A DNA stretch of 63,901 nt, the filler included, from an uncultured Methanosarcinales archaeon (GTDB taxonomy: Archaea > Nanobdellota > Nanobdellia > Woesearchaeales > CAYSVS01): assembly GCA_964434475.1 (NCBI GenBank). It is 3 parts of 3 records of this genome, joined end to end, with 100 filler letters (N's around TTAATTAATTAA, not from the genome) between each part and the next. Parts side by side here need not be neighbours in the genome. Positions count along the whole stretch, not along the records: positions 1 to 24,185 come from CAYSVS010000017.1; positions 24,286 to 47,083 come from CAYSVS010000018.1; 1 more part is not named here. One strand, given 5' to 3'. The position numbers and the translations under genes are program-made. Below are positions 17,910-27,594 of the stretch, piece by piece (position 1 is the stretch's first letter; each line of letters starts with the position of its first letter). Under the pieces are notes generated by a model, which saw only the letters and a program-made list of their open reading frames with translations, did no database searches and was not told the DNA's origin.

Positions 17910-20831
17910 TCAGTTTTCCTGATGTGTAAATCTTTTCACTATCTTGTTTGCAAAAATTCCTATGATCAACACTATGAATGAAGTTGATAGGATATAAACC
18001 CACTCCATAAGGTTTAACGGTATAGTGTTAAAGAATGCATTCAAAGGAGAATACAATACCAATAACTGCATACCTATAGACAATACTACAGCCAAAACCA
18101 GCCAATTATTAGACAACATTTTAATATTATAGTCTGACCGTATCATATACAACCTGACAAATTCAAGAATAACCAATGTCGTAAAAACAATAGTCTGAGC
18201 TTTGACAAGATCAGCTTCATAATAGCGGTTAAACAGGAAAAGACTAGCCAAAGTCATCAATATGCTTATGATTATTATGTTTGCTGCTGTATTCTTTGTG
18301 ATTATGCCTTCCTCCTTCTTTCTTGGCTTTCTTTGCATTATATTAGGGCTAGCAGGGTCAAGTCCCAAAGCTAAAGCAGGCAGTCCGTCTGTTATCAGAT
18401 TTATCCACAATATCTGAATAGCGGTAATGGGCAACGGCAAGCCTATCAATATTGCGGTTAATATTACCATCACTTCGCCAAGATTTGATGAAAGCAAATA
18501 ATTGACAAACTTCCTAATATTATCAAATATTGTCCTGCCTTCGCTCATAGCATTTACTATAGATGCAAAATTATCATCAGTAAGCACCATATCGCTGGCT
18601 TCCTTGCTTACATCTGTTCCAGTAATACCCATAGCAACACCTATATCTGCTTTCTTCAATGCAGGCGCATCATTCACACCATCTCCAGTCATACCTACAA
18701 TATGGCCTTTTGACTTCAATGCTTCAAGTATCTTTACCTTATGTTTAGGATCTACTCTTGCATATACTGCAATCTCTTCAACATGTTTCTTCAGCTCTTT
18801 TTTGCTCATCTTCTCCAGTTCTGCACCTTCTATAGATTTGCCCTCTATGCCTAGCTGCTTGCCTATAGCCACAGCAGTTTTCTTATGATCTCCAGTGATC
18901 ATTATTACCTTTATACCTGCAGTATTGCATTTCTTGACAGCATCCTTTACTTCCTCTCTTGGCGGATCTATCATCGCCTGAAGACCAACAAAAACAAACT
19001 CCTTTTCCAAGTTTTTCTTGCTGTATTTCTTTCCTATTTTTTTATACGCAAAGCCTAAAACACGTAAAGCGTCATCAGCAAAGCCATCATTCTGTTTCAA
19101 GATCTCTTTTTGCTTGTCTTTTGTGAGTTTCTGTTCTTTTCCGTTTATCAAAATTTTAGTGCAAAGATCAAGTATGCCATCAGGCGCGCCTTTCATATAT
19201 GCTATATTACCTTTATCTGTAGAATGTATAGTAGTCATCCTTTTTCTTTCAGAAGTAAAACCCAGTTCATCCTTTCTTTTCTTCTGCTTATTTAATTTTA
19301 TAGAATTCATACCTGCTTTTCTTGCGCTTACTATCAATGCACCCTCTGTAGGATCGCCTGTAACTTCCCATTTCTTTTTTTCTTTCTTCAATTCAGAATC
19401 ATTGCATAATGCACCTATCTCAAGCAATGCACCTATATTTTTACTGTCAGAAAAATCACCTTCAGGCTTATAACCTTTGCCGCTTACTTCTACAACCTTA
19501 TCATTCACATACATCTTTGTGACTGTCATCTGATTATGTGTTAATGTGCCTGTCTTATCTGTGCATATTACAGTCGTAGCGCCCAGTGTTTCAACACTCG
19601 GCAATCTTCTTATAAGCGCATTCTTTTTTATCATCCTTCTAACGCCTAATGCCAAAGATATAGTAACTACAGCAGGCAGACCTTCAGGTATTGCAGCTAC
19701 AGCTAACGCTATCGAAAATATAAGCATCTCCTTAACTAAAGCAAAGTCTATGCCTTCAGTAAGATAGCCTCTTAACAAGCCTATGCCAAATATTAATATG
19801 CTTATTATGATTACCAATATAGTCAAGAGTTTTCCTAATTTTGCAAGCTTTTTCTGTAAAGGCGTCTTTTCTTTTTTAGATGCGCTGATCATTTCCGCGA
19901 TCTTTCCTGTTTCTGTTTTCATGCCAGTTCTTGTAACTACAGCTTTTGCTCTTCCTTTTGTTGTCACGGTTCCTGCAAAGACCATATTTAGCCTGTCTCC
20001 AACACCAAGGCCAGACTTTAATTTATCAGTTGTTTTCGCAACAGGGTTTGATTCGCCTGTCAAAGCAGCTTCCTGCGCTTCCAGTTCAGATTCTTCTATT
20101 ATCCTTGCATCTGCAGGCATCCTGTCACCTGTCTCTATCTTTATTATATCTCCAGGCACAATCTCTTCTGCATCTATGTCTTTTTCTTTGCCATCCCTTA
20201 TTACAGTGGCTTTAGGAGAACTTAATTCTCTTAATTTTTCTATGGCCTTCTCAGCTTTATATTCCTGGATAAATCCAAAGATAGCATTAAAGATTAATAT
20301 CACAAATATAATTATAGCATCAGTAAGCTCACTAATAGAAACACCGTTGTTGCTTTCGATGAATGCAACCACTATAGAAATTATCATCGCTGCGATCAAT
20401 ACCCACACCAAAGGGCTCATGAACTGCTGTGCAAAAATCTTCCATGGCGATATCTTATCCTTTTCTTCGAGCTTGTTTCTTCCGTATTCTTCAAGCCTTT
20501 TCTTTACTTCTTTCTCTGATAAACCTTTTTCTGTTGTTTCAAATTCCTTTAATACATCCTTACTATCCATATCATAATAGGTTTTCTTGTTTTCTTCATA
20601 ATCTTCCTTTGCTTCTTGTTTTTCTGATTTGTTTTTTGCTTCTTGTTTTTTATTTTTTTCTTCTCTTTTCTTTTTAATATCACTATCTTTATTATTTTCT
20701 TTATTTTCTGATTTTTTCTTTGACTTCTTATCTTCTTGTTTCTTTTTTTTATCCTTATCTTTATTCTTTTGTTTATTATTATATTTTTTCTTCTCTTTTT
20801 TCTTTTTATTTTTCTTAGCCATAGGAATCAC
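17910..20831 (-). CDS. P-type IIA (Ca2+-transporting) ATPase with Lys/Glu-rich N-terminal extension
   Basis: TGES, PEGL, DKTGTLT, KGAP, MITGD, TGDGVNDAP, LWINLITDG. Confidence 0.95.
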   Translation of the reverse strand: MIPMAKKNKKKKEKKKYNNKQKNKDKDKKKKQEDKKSKKKSENKENNKDSDIKKKREEKNKKQEAKNKSEKQEAKEDYEENKKTYYDMDSKDVLKEFETTEKGLSEKEVKKRLEEYGRNKLEEKDKISPWKIFAQQFMSPLVWVLIAAMIISIVVAFIESNNGVSISELTDAIIIFVILIFNAIFGFIQEYKAEKAIEKLRELSSPKATVIRDGKEKDIDAEEIVPGDIIKIETGDRMPADARIIEESELEAQEAALTGESNPVAKTTDKLKSGLGVGDRLNMVFAGTVTTKGRAKAVVTRTGMKTETGKIAEMISASKKEKTPLQKKLAKLGKLLTILVIIISILIFGIGLLRGYLTEGIDFALVKEMLIFSIALAVAAIPEGLPAVVTISLALGVRRMIKKNALIRRLPSVETLGATTVICTDKTGTLTHNQMTVTKMYVNDKVVEVSGKGYKPEGDFSDSKNIGALLEIGALCNDSELKKEKKKWEVTGDPTEGALIVSARKAGMNSIKLNKQKKRKDELGFTSERKRMTTIHSTDKGNIAYMKGAPDGILDLCTKILINGKEQKLTKDKQKEILKQNDGFADDALRVLGFAYKKIGKKYSKKNLEKEFVFVGLQAMIDPPREEVKDAVKKCNTAGIKVIMITGDHKKTAVAIGKQLGIEGKSIEGAELEKMSKKELKKHVEEIAVYARVDPKHKVKILEALKSKGHIVGMTGDGVNDAPALKKADIGVAMGITGTDVSKEASDMVLTDDNFASIVNAMSEGRTIFDNIRKFVNYLLSSNLGEVMVILTAILIGLPLPITAIQILWINLITDGLPALALGLDPASPNIMQRKPRKKEEGIITKNTAANIIIISILMTLASLFLFNRYYEADLVKAQTIVFTTLVILEFVRLYMIRSDYNIKMLSNNWLVLAVVLSIGMQLLVLYSPLNAFFNTIPLNLMEWVYILSTSFIVLIIGIFANKIVKRFTHQEN

Positions 20832-21523
20832 ATCTTTTTCATCTTTCTTATACCTTTCTCTGTTTCCATAATCACTTTTTTCATTATTTTTATCGCCAAT
20901 ACAGGATATTCGCCGATCGCTGTCTCTTCTGAAAGCATCAATATATCAGAGCCGTCCAGCACAGCATTTGCTATATCGCTTGCTTCAGATCTCTCAGGAA
21001 CCTTTGAATGCATTAAAGAAAGAAGCATCTCTGTTGCAGTTACAACTAACTTCTTTTTCTTATTGCATCTCTTGATTATCATCTTCTGTGCAAGAGGAAC
21101 CTTTTCAAAAGAGATGTTTTTCCCCAAATCACCTCTTGCAACCATTATTCCGTCGCTTTCTCTGATTAGAGCATCAATATTGTCTATACCTTTTTTTGTC
21201 TCTATTTTCGAGATTATTTTAATTTTTCTATTTCCAAACCTTGACCTTATTTTTCTTATCTGAGGAACAGTTTCTGCAAAAGAAACAGCAAGATAATCAA
21301 AATCCTGATCTTTAAGCCAGTCAAGAATATTTAAGCTCTTTATATCAAAGAGTATTTTGCATTTGCCTATCTTCTTTAGACTTTTTGTGATTTCAGTATA
21401 TTCTTCTATAGAACCGTACTTGGTGTTGATTCTTGCAATATCCATACCTGCTTTAATCATCTTTTTAAGAGTAGGATGATTCCTACTTGAAGGACCTATT
21501 GTCGCGATTATTTTTGTTTTCAT
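20828..21523 (-). CDS. Minimal pyruvate kinase-like protein (barrel domain only)
   Basis: KTKIIATIGP, ISKIET, DGIMVARGDLG, SDIANAVLDGSD.LMLSEETA.GEYP; B (lid) and C domains absent. Confidence 0.85.
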   Translation of the reverse strand: MKTKIIATIGPSSRNHPTLKKMIKAGMDIARINTKYGSIEEYTEITKSLKKIGKCKILFDIKSLNILDWLKDQDFDYLAVSFAETVPQIRKIRSRFGNRKIKIISKIETKKGIDNIDALIRESDGIMVARGDLGKNISFEKVPLAQKMIIKRCNKKKKLVVTATEMLLSLMHSKVPERSEASDIANAVLDGSDILMLSEETAIGEYPVLAIKIMKKVIMETEKGIRKMKKM

Positions 21524-22285
21524 TTAAAACATCCATATTTTCAGTATAACAGACACACCTATTATAATACTTATTATGCCCATAGTAACCCTTATCTTTT
21601 TTGGTTCTGATATCTTTACAGCATACACCGCCAAAGGCATAGATAAAAAACCACCTATAAGCAAAGACGCTATCAAAGACCAATTCAGACTATTGTTTTG
21701 CTGAAAAAACATATGACCCAGAACACCGATTATGCTTAACAATCCTTCTGTCAATTGAGTCATGCCTACGGCTCTTTTGCTTTTCACTCCAGATATTATC
21801 TGACCTCCTGACAGCACAGGCCCGAATCCGCCGCCTGTAATACCTTTGTTCAAAGCAGCAATTGATGCAAACACTGTAATCCTCTTAAAAGATATTTTTC
21901 TTTGTATCTTGAATTTTCTAAGTATTATTATTCCTATGGCTAAAGTAAGCAGCCCAATATAGATATCCAATAAATACTCAGGTATATTAACTGCTATGAA
22001 TGCTCCTACCAATATAGCCAAGATACCAAAGCCAAGAAAAATGCACAATATCTTTTTGTTTTCTTTTTTATAGAAATTAACATTCTTCATATTATGGTGC
22101 ATAATTCCAGCACTAAAGCTAAGAGCTGCGCTTGCGAACAGTACTGCAGGAACAACCTGCAAAGGCGGATAACCCAATAATAGCAATACTGGTGTCAAAG
22201 TACCGAAACCCATGCCAACTGCTGAATCAAAGAATTCCAATAAAAACGCAGCTATAATAACTGTTATGATTATTTCCGGAAACAT
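21524..22285 (-). CDS. TauE/SafE family exporter
   Basis: DSAVGMGFGTL.PVLLL.GY.P...VPAVL and GGGFGPV motifs; about 8 TM. Confidence 0.85.
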   Translation of the reverse strand: MFPEIIITVIIAAFLLEFFDSAVGMGFGTLTPVLLLLGYPPLQVVPAVLFASAALSFSAGIMHHNMKNVNFYKKENKKILCIFLGFGILAILVGAFIAVNIPEYLLDIYIGLLTLAIGIIILRKFKIQRKISFKRITVFASIAALNKGITGGGFGPVLSGGQIISGVKSKRAVGMTQLTEGLLSIIGVLGHMFFQQNNSLNWSLIASLLIGGFLSMPLAVYAVKISEPKKIRVTMGIISIIIGVSVILKIWMF

Positions 22286-22548
22286 AATACATTAACACCT
22301 CAATTTTTTAAAAACTTTCTCATTAATTAATATGTATAATATATAATGATTTTGTTTTTTTGAGATAAATTTGTTATACAAAATCCACATCACCGCAATC
22401 AAAAATAATATATTTAATCTTTATCTTTAGTATAAAAAAATAAGAGATGTGACAAAACATTTTAGGTTTCCATTCATTAAGATGAAATTCAGAATATTGT
22501 AAAATCTTTCACATAACATTTATAAATTAAAACTGTTTTTTTATATTC

Positions 22549-22740
22549 ATGAATACTTTAAGCAGAACAATATCAGGCAGTGTAGCTATGTTACTAGGAT
22601 TGTATCTTTCAACCGTAGCGATATTATCTGATTTATGGTTATTGATTTATGGAATACCTATAATAGTAATAGGCATCTTTATATTTATCAATAAAGAAGA
22701 GGACAAGATAGAAAAGATAAAAACAGGAGGTAAGATATAA
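22549..22740 (+). CDS. Small two-TM membrane protein
   Basis: Two hydrophobic helices, C-terminal EEDKIEKIK; stop abuts next start. Confidence 0.65.
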   Translation: MNTLSRTISGSVAMLLGLYLSTVAILSDLWLLIYGIPIIVIGIFIFINKEEDKIEKIKTGGKI

Positions 22741-22741
22741 T

Positions 22742-23065
22742 ATGGCGGAAATAATAATCACAACAGGAAACGAAATTCCAGGCAAAAAAATAAGCAAGAT
22801 AATAAAAATTGCTAAAGGAAGCACAGTAAGAGCTAGAAATATAGGAAGAGATATAGGAGCAGGACTTAAGAATTTAATTGGAGGAGAAGTAAAGACATAT
22901 ACCAAAATGGCAGAACATGCAAGAGACGAAGCATATAACAGGATGGTAAATGAAGCTATAAACGCTGGAGCTGATGCAATAATAGGTGTAAGGTTTACAA
23001 CATCGATGATACAACAAGGAGCTTCTGAAATGCTTGCATACGGAACAGCAGTCAAGCTAAAATAA
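22742..23065 (+). CDS. YbjQ/UPF0145 family protein
   Basis: ITT.NEIPG, GRDIGAGLKNLIGGE..TY, GADAIIGVRF, EMLAYGTAV. Confidence 0.93.
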   Translation: MAEIIITTGNEIPGKKISKIIKIAKGSTVRARNIGRDIGAGLKNLIGGEVKTYTKMAEHARDEAYNRMVNEAINAGADAIIGVRFTTSMIQQGASEMLAYGTAVKLK

Positions 23066-23075
23066 ACATATTAAG

Positions 23076-23420
23076 ATGTTAACTTTTTCATGTAAAAGGA
23101 TATCCAAAGAAGAGCTGATCAAATGCGCTTTTGAATTGAATAAGACAGAATATAATCTGCTGATGTTCTTATTGCAAAAAAGAGGAGAATATTCTATAAT
23201 AAATATCTCAAAACAGATGAAACTAGACAGGACAACCATACAGAAAGCAATAAAGAAACTTGTTGAAAAAGACCTAGCAAATAGAATACAAAATAATATA
23301 TCTAAAGGAGGATATACTTTCTTATATACTATAAACAATAAAGAAGAGATAAAAAATAAGATCAAGGAAACCATACGAAGATGGTCTAAAGCAGTTGAAG
23401 AGGTCATCAACAACATATGA
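23076..23420 (+). CDS. Winged-helix transcriptional regulator (COG3355/TrmB-like)
   Basis: CAFELNKTEY, LDRTTIQKAIKKL.EK.L, GGYTFLY. Confidence 0.8.
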   Translation: MLTFSCKRISKEELIKCAFELNKTEYNLLMFLLQKRGEYSIINISKQMKLDRTTIQKAIKKLVEKDLANRIQNNISKGGYTFLYTINNKEEIKNKIKETIRRWSKAVEEVINNI

Positions 23421-23422
23421 TT

Positions 23423-24040
23423 TTATTTCTTATTTAACCTCAAAATAAATCCTACCAGAACTACTAAAAACGCTATAGAAACAAAAATAATCTGATAATA
23501 AAAAGGCACAATTCCCAGATAAGCAATCATGAATGTAAAAGGTATCAAACCCAATAATGTTGCAAGAGTGTAAGTTTTCAGGCTCATCTTACTGAACAAT
23601 CCCATCAGATAACTAATGCCATCGATAGGTATGACCATCCTGAGAAAAACAAGCGTTAGAAATATATGTTCTTGCGGAATCTTTTGTTCAACATAATATA
23701 TCTTCTTTAAAGGCAAAACCTTCTTTACCAAAGCAATACCATATTTTCTTGCTAATAGGAATGCTATGATCGCTCCCAAAGTCCAACCTATAGTCCCTAA
23801 TATTCCTGTGATAAACCAACCCCATATATTTGAACCTAATGGAAATAAAGGAACAGAACTTATTGGAGCAAAAATGATAGACAATGCTACGATCAAAATG
23901 AACAAGAGCATACCCGATAAACCTAAATCAATATGCTGCCTAAAAAAAGTAAGATTGCTTTGGATCAAATATGAAAATAAGACAAATAAGGAAATTATCG
24001 TAATGATTCCTATGCACGATTGTATCCTTTCTTTATTCAT
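23423..24040 (-). CDS. DedA/VTT (TVP38/TMEM64) family membrane protein
   Basis: APISSVPL, GAIIAFLLARKYG, FLRMVIP.DGISY.MGL. Confidence 0.85.
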   Translation of the reverse strand: MNKERIQSCIGIITIISLFVLFSYLIQSNLTFFRQHIDLGLSGMLLFILIVALSIIFAPISSVPLFPLGSNIWGWFITGILGTIGWTLGAIIAFLLARKYGIALVKKVLPLKKIYYVEQKIPQEHIFLTLVFLRMVIPIDGISYLMGLFSKMSLKTYTLATLLGLIPFTFMIAYLGIVPFYYQIIFVSIAFLVVLVGFILRLNKK

Positions 24041-24134
24041 ACAATCAAGATATAATTATTGATTATATAATTCTTATGTTTATATCTTACCACATATGTA
24101 AGTTTAAAATATCTTTTTCATATACTGTTATAAA

Positions 24135-24185
24135 GAGAACTTTGCATAATTGCTGTTTAGCTTAGCTTTTTAGATTAATTGCACA
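24135..24185 (-). mobile_element. Terminus of an IS5-like insertion sequence at an assembly-piece end
   Basis: 24135-24182 is the exact reverse complement of 47184-47231; begins with TIR-like GAGAACTTTGCATAATT. Confidence 0.75.
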
Positions 24186-24285
24186 NNNNNNNNNNNNNNN
24201 NNNNNNNNNNNNNNNNNNNNNNNNNNNNNTTAATTAATTAANNNNNNNNNNNNNNNNNNNNNNNNNNNNNNNNNNNNNNNNNNNN
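24186..24285. other. Artificial assembly spacer
   Basis: 100 nt of N containing TTAATTAATTAA (stops in all six frames). Confidence 0.98.
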
Positions 24286-24384
24286 AGAATGATTAATCTC
24301 ATATTTAGAATATTATTTGAACCTTATTCCGGATGAACCCAAATATTCATAAGTATTATATATGATACAATAAAATAATAGTTT

Positions 24385-25545
24385 ATGCTTAGCAAAATAC
24401 TTGAAATCAAAGGAAGAAAAACATTTCCTATTGTTCAACAAGGTATGGGCGCAGGTATTTCTTTAATGAATCTTGCTGCCGCTGTTGCTAAAGAAGATTG
24501 TGTTGGAACAATATCGAGTGTAGCTCTGAATTATTTGACTGCAAGAAGATTAAAAAAAAATAAGATGAGCTTATACGAAGCAACAGTAAAAGAGGTTAAA
24601 GATGCTAAAACAGCAGCAAACGGAAAAGGCGCAATCGCAATGAATATAATGTGTGCTTTATTCAGAGATTATAAAACATCTGTTGAAGCTTCTATTGATG
24701 GCGGAATTGATATGATCGTTTCTGGAGCTGGATTCCCTACGCGAGACAGGGTTCTCGGAGATAATCATAATTTACCAAAGATAGTAAAAGAAAAATATGG
24801 CAAGAACCATAATATTGCATTGATACCTATTGTTTCAAACTCAGCAGGATTAAATTATATTCTTAAAAAATGGAAACAAGAAAAATATCTGCCAGATGCA
24901 ATAATAGTAGAAGGTCCAAAAGCAGGCGGACATCTTGGATTCAACTATAAAAAGATAAAAGCAGCAGGAGATAAATTCTTGGAAAAATACGATTTATTCA
25001 AAGAATTGCTTCCGCCAGTATTAGATCTAGTAAACGAAAAAAAGAACTATAAAAACAATCTGCCTATTCCAGTGATTGTTGCTGGTGGGATATACACGCA
25101 TAAAGATATTATCTATGCACTTAATCAAGGTGCTTCAGGAGTTGGCATTGGCTCAAGATATGCAGCAACGTATGAAAGCACAGCACCTTCTGAATTTAAG
25201 CAAGCGATAATAGATTCTACAAAACAAGACATAGTGATTGCAGACAAATTATGGGGAAGCCCTTGCGGATTTCCGTTCAGATATATAAAAAAATCTCCTT
25301 TAGCAGATAAAAAATCAGGGAATAGCTTTTGCATCTGCTCAGGATTATTAGCAGCTGCAGATTTTTATTTTCCAAAAAAAGAATCAATTCCTTGTCCAGA
25401 AGGTTATGTTATTCCACCTGGAAAAGAATGCCCTGGAAAAAACAATGTAAAATATCAAGCCATTTATACAATAGGAACAAATGGCCATAGAATAGACAAA
25501 ATCCTAGGTGTTAAAGAACTAACAGACGAGTTAAAAGGAAAATAA
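24385..25545 (+). CDS. Nitronate monooxygenase / FabK-like FMN oxidoreductase
   Basis: PIVQQGMGAGIS, IVSGAGFP, VEGPKAGGHLG, VIVAGGI, GASGVGIGSR, SPCGFP.R. Confidence 0.88.
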   Translation: MLSKILEIKGRKTFPIVQQGMGAGISLMNLAAAVAKEDCVGTISSVALNYLTARRLKKNKMSLYEATVKEVKDAKTAANGKGAIAMNIMCALFRDYKTSVEASIDGGIDMIVSGAGFPTRDRVLGDNHNLPKIVKEKYGKNHNIALIPIVSNSAGLNYILKKWKQEKYLPDAIIVEGPKAGGHLGFNYKKIKAAGDKFLEKYDLFKELLPPVLDLVNEKKNYKNNLPIPVIVAGGIYTHKDIIYALNQGASGVGIGSRYAATYESTAPSEFKQAIIDSTKQDIVIADKLWGSPCGFPFRYIKKSPLADKKSGNSFCICSGLLAAADFYFPKKESIPCPEGYVIPPGKECPGKNNVKYQAIYTIGTNGHRIDKILGVKELTDELKGK

Positions 25546-25553
25546 AAAAAAAT

Positions 25554-26309
25554 CTATTTTGTCTTCTTCAATCCTTCCAAAGCCCTCAAGACTTCAAGAG
25601 GAATAGCAAATATCACAGTATTGCTTTGATCACTGGATAAATCATTGATGCTCTGCAATGTCCTCAGATGCAATGCGCCCGGTGCTTTATACATCATATC
25701 TGCAGCCTTTGACATATTTTTAGCAGCTATAACTTCGCCTTCTGCCTTGATTATAACAGCTCTTTTCTCTCTTTCAGCTTCTGCTTCCTTGCCTATCACA
25801 CGTTTCATGTCTGCTGGCAGCTCAACATGTTTTAATTCAACGCTTTCAACCTTGATTCCCCAGGGATCAGTAGCTTTATCCACAATCTCTCTTATTCTTT
25901 TGCTTATTTGATCACGTTTGCTAAGCAGTTCATCTAATGTAACTTCACCTACAACATCACGCATAGTTGTTTGTGATAATTGAGAAACAGCATAATTGTA
26001 ATGTTCTACTTCAATAATCGCTCTTTTAGCTTCTACAACCTTATAATACAGAACAGCATTCACTGATATTGAAACATTATCTTTTGTAATCGCGTCTTGA
26101 TCAGGAACATCTACTGCTTTGATACGCAAATCAACCTTCTGCCAAGTCTGAATAAGTGGCAATACAAGTCTTAACCCTGGCTGCATCAGTCCTTGATACT
26201 TTCCTAAAAAGAATCTCACTCCTCTTTCATATTCAGTCACTACTTTCAAACCAGCTAGAATATAAACTACAACCAGCCAAAAGATCCAACTCCATCCAAA
26301 AAACATCAT
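25554..26309 (-). CDS. SPFH/band 7 (stomatin/slipin) protein
   Basis: EYERGV.F.LG, QDAITKDNV, SQTTMRDVVG, WGIKV..VELK, AEAEREKRA.IIKAEGE. Confidence 0.93.
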   Translation of the reverse strand: MMFFGWSWIFWLVVVYILAGLKVVTEYERGVRFFLGKYQGLMQPGLRLVLPLIQTWQKVDLRIKAVDVPDQDAITKDNVSISVNAVLYYKVVEAKRAIIEVEHYNYAVSQLSQTTMRDVVGEVTLDELLSKRDQISKRIREIVDKATDPWGIKVESVELKHVELPADMKRVIGKEAEAEREKRAVIIKAEGEVIAAKNMSKAADMMYKAPGALHLRTLQSINDLSSDQSNTVIFAIPLEVLRALEGLKKTK

Positions 26310-26316
26310 CTTTCAT

Positions 26317-27591
26317 CTACCCCCATTTATCAAATGCTCTTTTCAATTCATTATGATTTTTAGCATATTCTCTTAAAGGCACATCATCCATCGTCGCTTC
26401 AACACTCTGCCTTATCGCTTTTGCTCCTGACAAAGTACCATCAGGATGTCCATGGCACCCTCCGCCATATTGAGCTATGATGTTCTTACCCATTATTTTT
26501 ACTAATTTACTCGTCATCAATGGGCTTAATCCTCCGCTTGCTACTGCAAAAACAGGCTTTATATTGTGCCAATTCTCTGTAAGAGCATGCTCCTTAAAAT
26601 TTTCATGCACATCCTTATTCTCTATCATTTCTTCTATCATCAATTCTTCATGTCTTGAACCATGCATTTTTCCGACAGCAGCTGTACCTATATGCAATTG
26701 ATCCACTCCTATCAACCTTGCTGTTTTAGCAATAGTCAACATACTTATCCCGTGCTTAGGGTTTCTTGTCAATGCACCATGCATCGCTCTGTGTGCGTGG
26801 ATTGCCATCTTCAAATCTTCATTATATTCTCTCATCGCCTGCAATCCTGCCCAGCCAGCAGTCAATATATCAACCATAAAATACTCTCCGCCCTGCTGTT
26901 TGACAAACTTTGCTCTCTTTTTCATCTCATCACTATCTGCTGTAACATTTGCCATGTATACTTTTCTTTCTCCAGTTTCCTTCTCAGCCTTGTCTCTCAT
27001 CTTTAATGTTAACTTAAATCTTTTTTTATAGGTATTAAAACTCATGCTAGTTAAATTCTCATCATCCTTTACCAAATCTAATCCTCCTAACCAGGATTCA
27101 TACGCTACTTTTGCGTGCTGTTTTGCTGTCAATCCCACTTTGGGCTTGACTATTGTACCACATAAAGGCCTGTGCTTTACCTTAAGCATTTTTCGTATAC
27201 CTTTTATACCATACTTAGGGCCTTTGAATTTTTTCATAAAAATATCTGGAAAATTTATATCCATAAGCTTTAGATTCTTTACAGCTTTCATGCCAAATAT
27301 ATTGCCTGCTACGCTACTCCAAATTCCAGGCATATTTCCAGCTTCAAACAATTCATGAGGATAAGCTATCTTAATATAACCTTTTTTTGATATGCTAAAT
27401 ACTTTCGGCTTAAGTTTTCTAGCTATTTTAGGATTCATCGTGCTAATAGTTGTCCAAGTTCCAATGCTTGACTCTGCAGCTAAATATCTGCAGGTTTTTC
27501 TTAGACTCATTCCTTTGGTAGGCTCAACATAATAAGCTGCTACAAGATCATTCTTTCCTGGGTTGTATTTTGTATCTATATATTCAACCAT
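26317..27591 (-). CDS. rbcL: RuBisCO large subunit, form III
   Basis: AAESSIGTWT, GTIVKPKVG, GGLDLVKDDENL (carbamylation motif), HAHRAMHG, HIGT..GKM (loop 6), SGG, GGG.HGHP. Confidence 0.95.
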   Translation of the reverse strand: MVEYIDTKYNPGKNDLVAAYYVEPTKGMSLRKTCRYLAAESSIGTWTTISTMNPKIARKLKPKVFSISKKGYIKIAYPHELFEAGNMPGIWSSVAGNIFGMKAVKNLKLMDINFPDIFMKKFKGPKYGIKGIRKMLKVKHRPLCGTIVKPKVGLTAKQHAKVAYESWLGGLDLVKDDENLTSMSFNTYKKRFKLTLKMRDKAEKETGERKVYMANVTADSDEMKKRAKFVKQQGGEYFMVDILTAGWAGLQAMREYNEDLKMAIHAHRAMHGALTRNPKHGISMLTIAKTARLIGVDQLHIGTAAVGKMHGSRHEELMIEEMIENKDVHENFKEHALTENWHNIKPVFAVASGGLSPLMTSKLVKIMGKNIIAQYGGGCHGHPDGTLSGAKAIRQSVEATMDDVPLREYAKNHNELKRAFDKWG

Positions 27592-27594
27592 GAT

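Noticed and set aside
18502..21263. Long antisense ORFs (e.g. 19783-20577, 20736-21263), plus similar shadows over ileS, treT and rbcL
   Set aside because: Reverse-frame shadows of well-supported genes; Phe/Ser/Leu-rich composition mirrors Lys/Glu codons.
24230..24241. TTAATTAATTAA palindrome inside N runs (also at about 47128-47139)
   Set aside because: Artificial six-frame-stop spacer; adjacency across it is not biological evidence.
24286..24340. Piece start ending in CCTTATTCCGGATGAACCC, a possible end of a second IS
   Set aside because: Single occurrence, with no partner repeat or transposase in the window.
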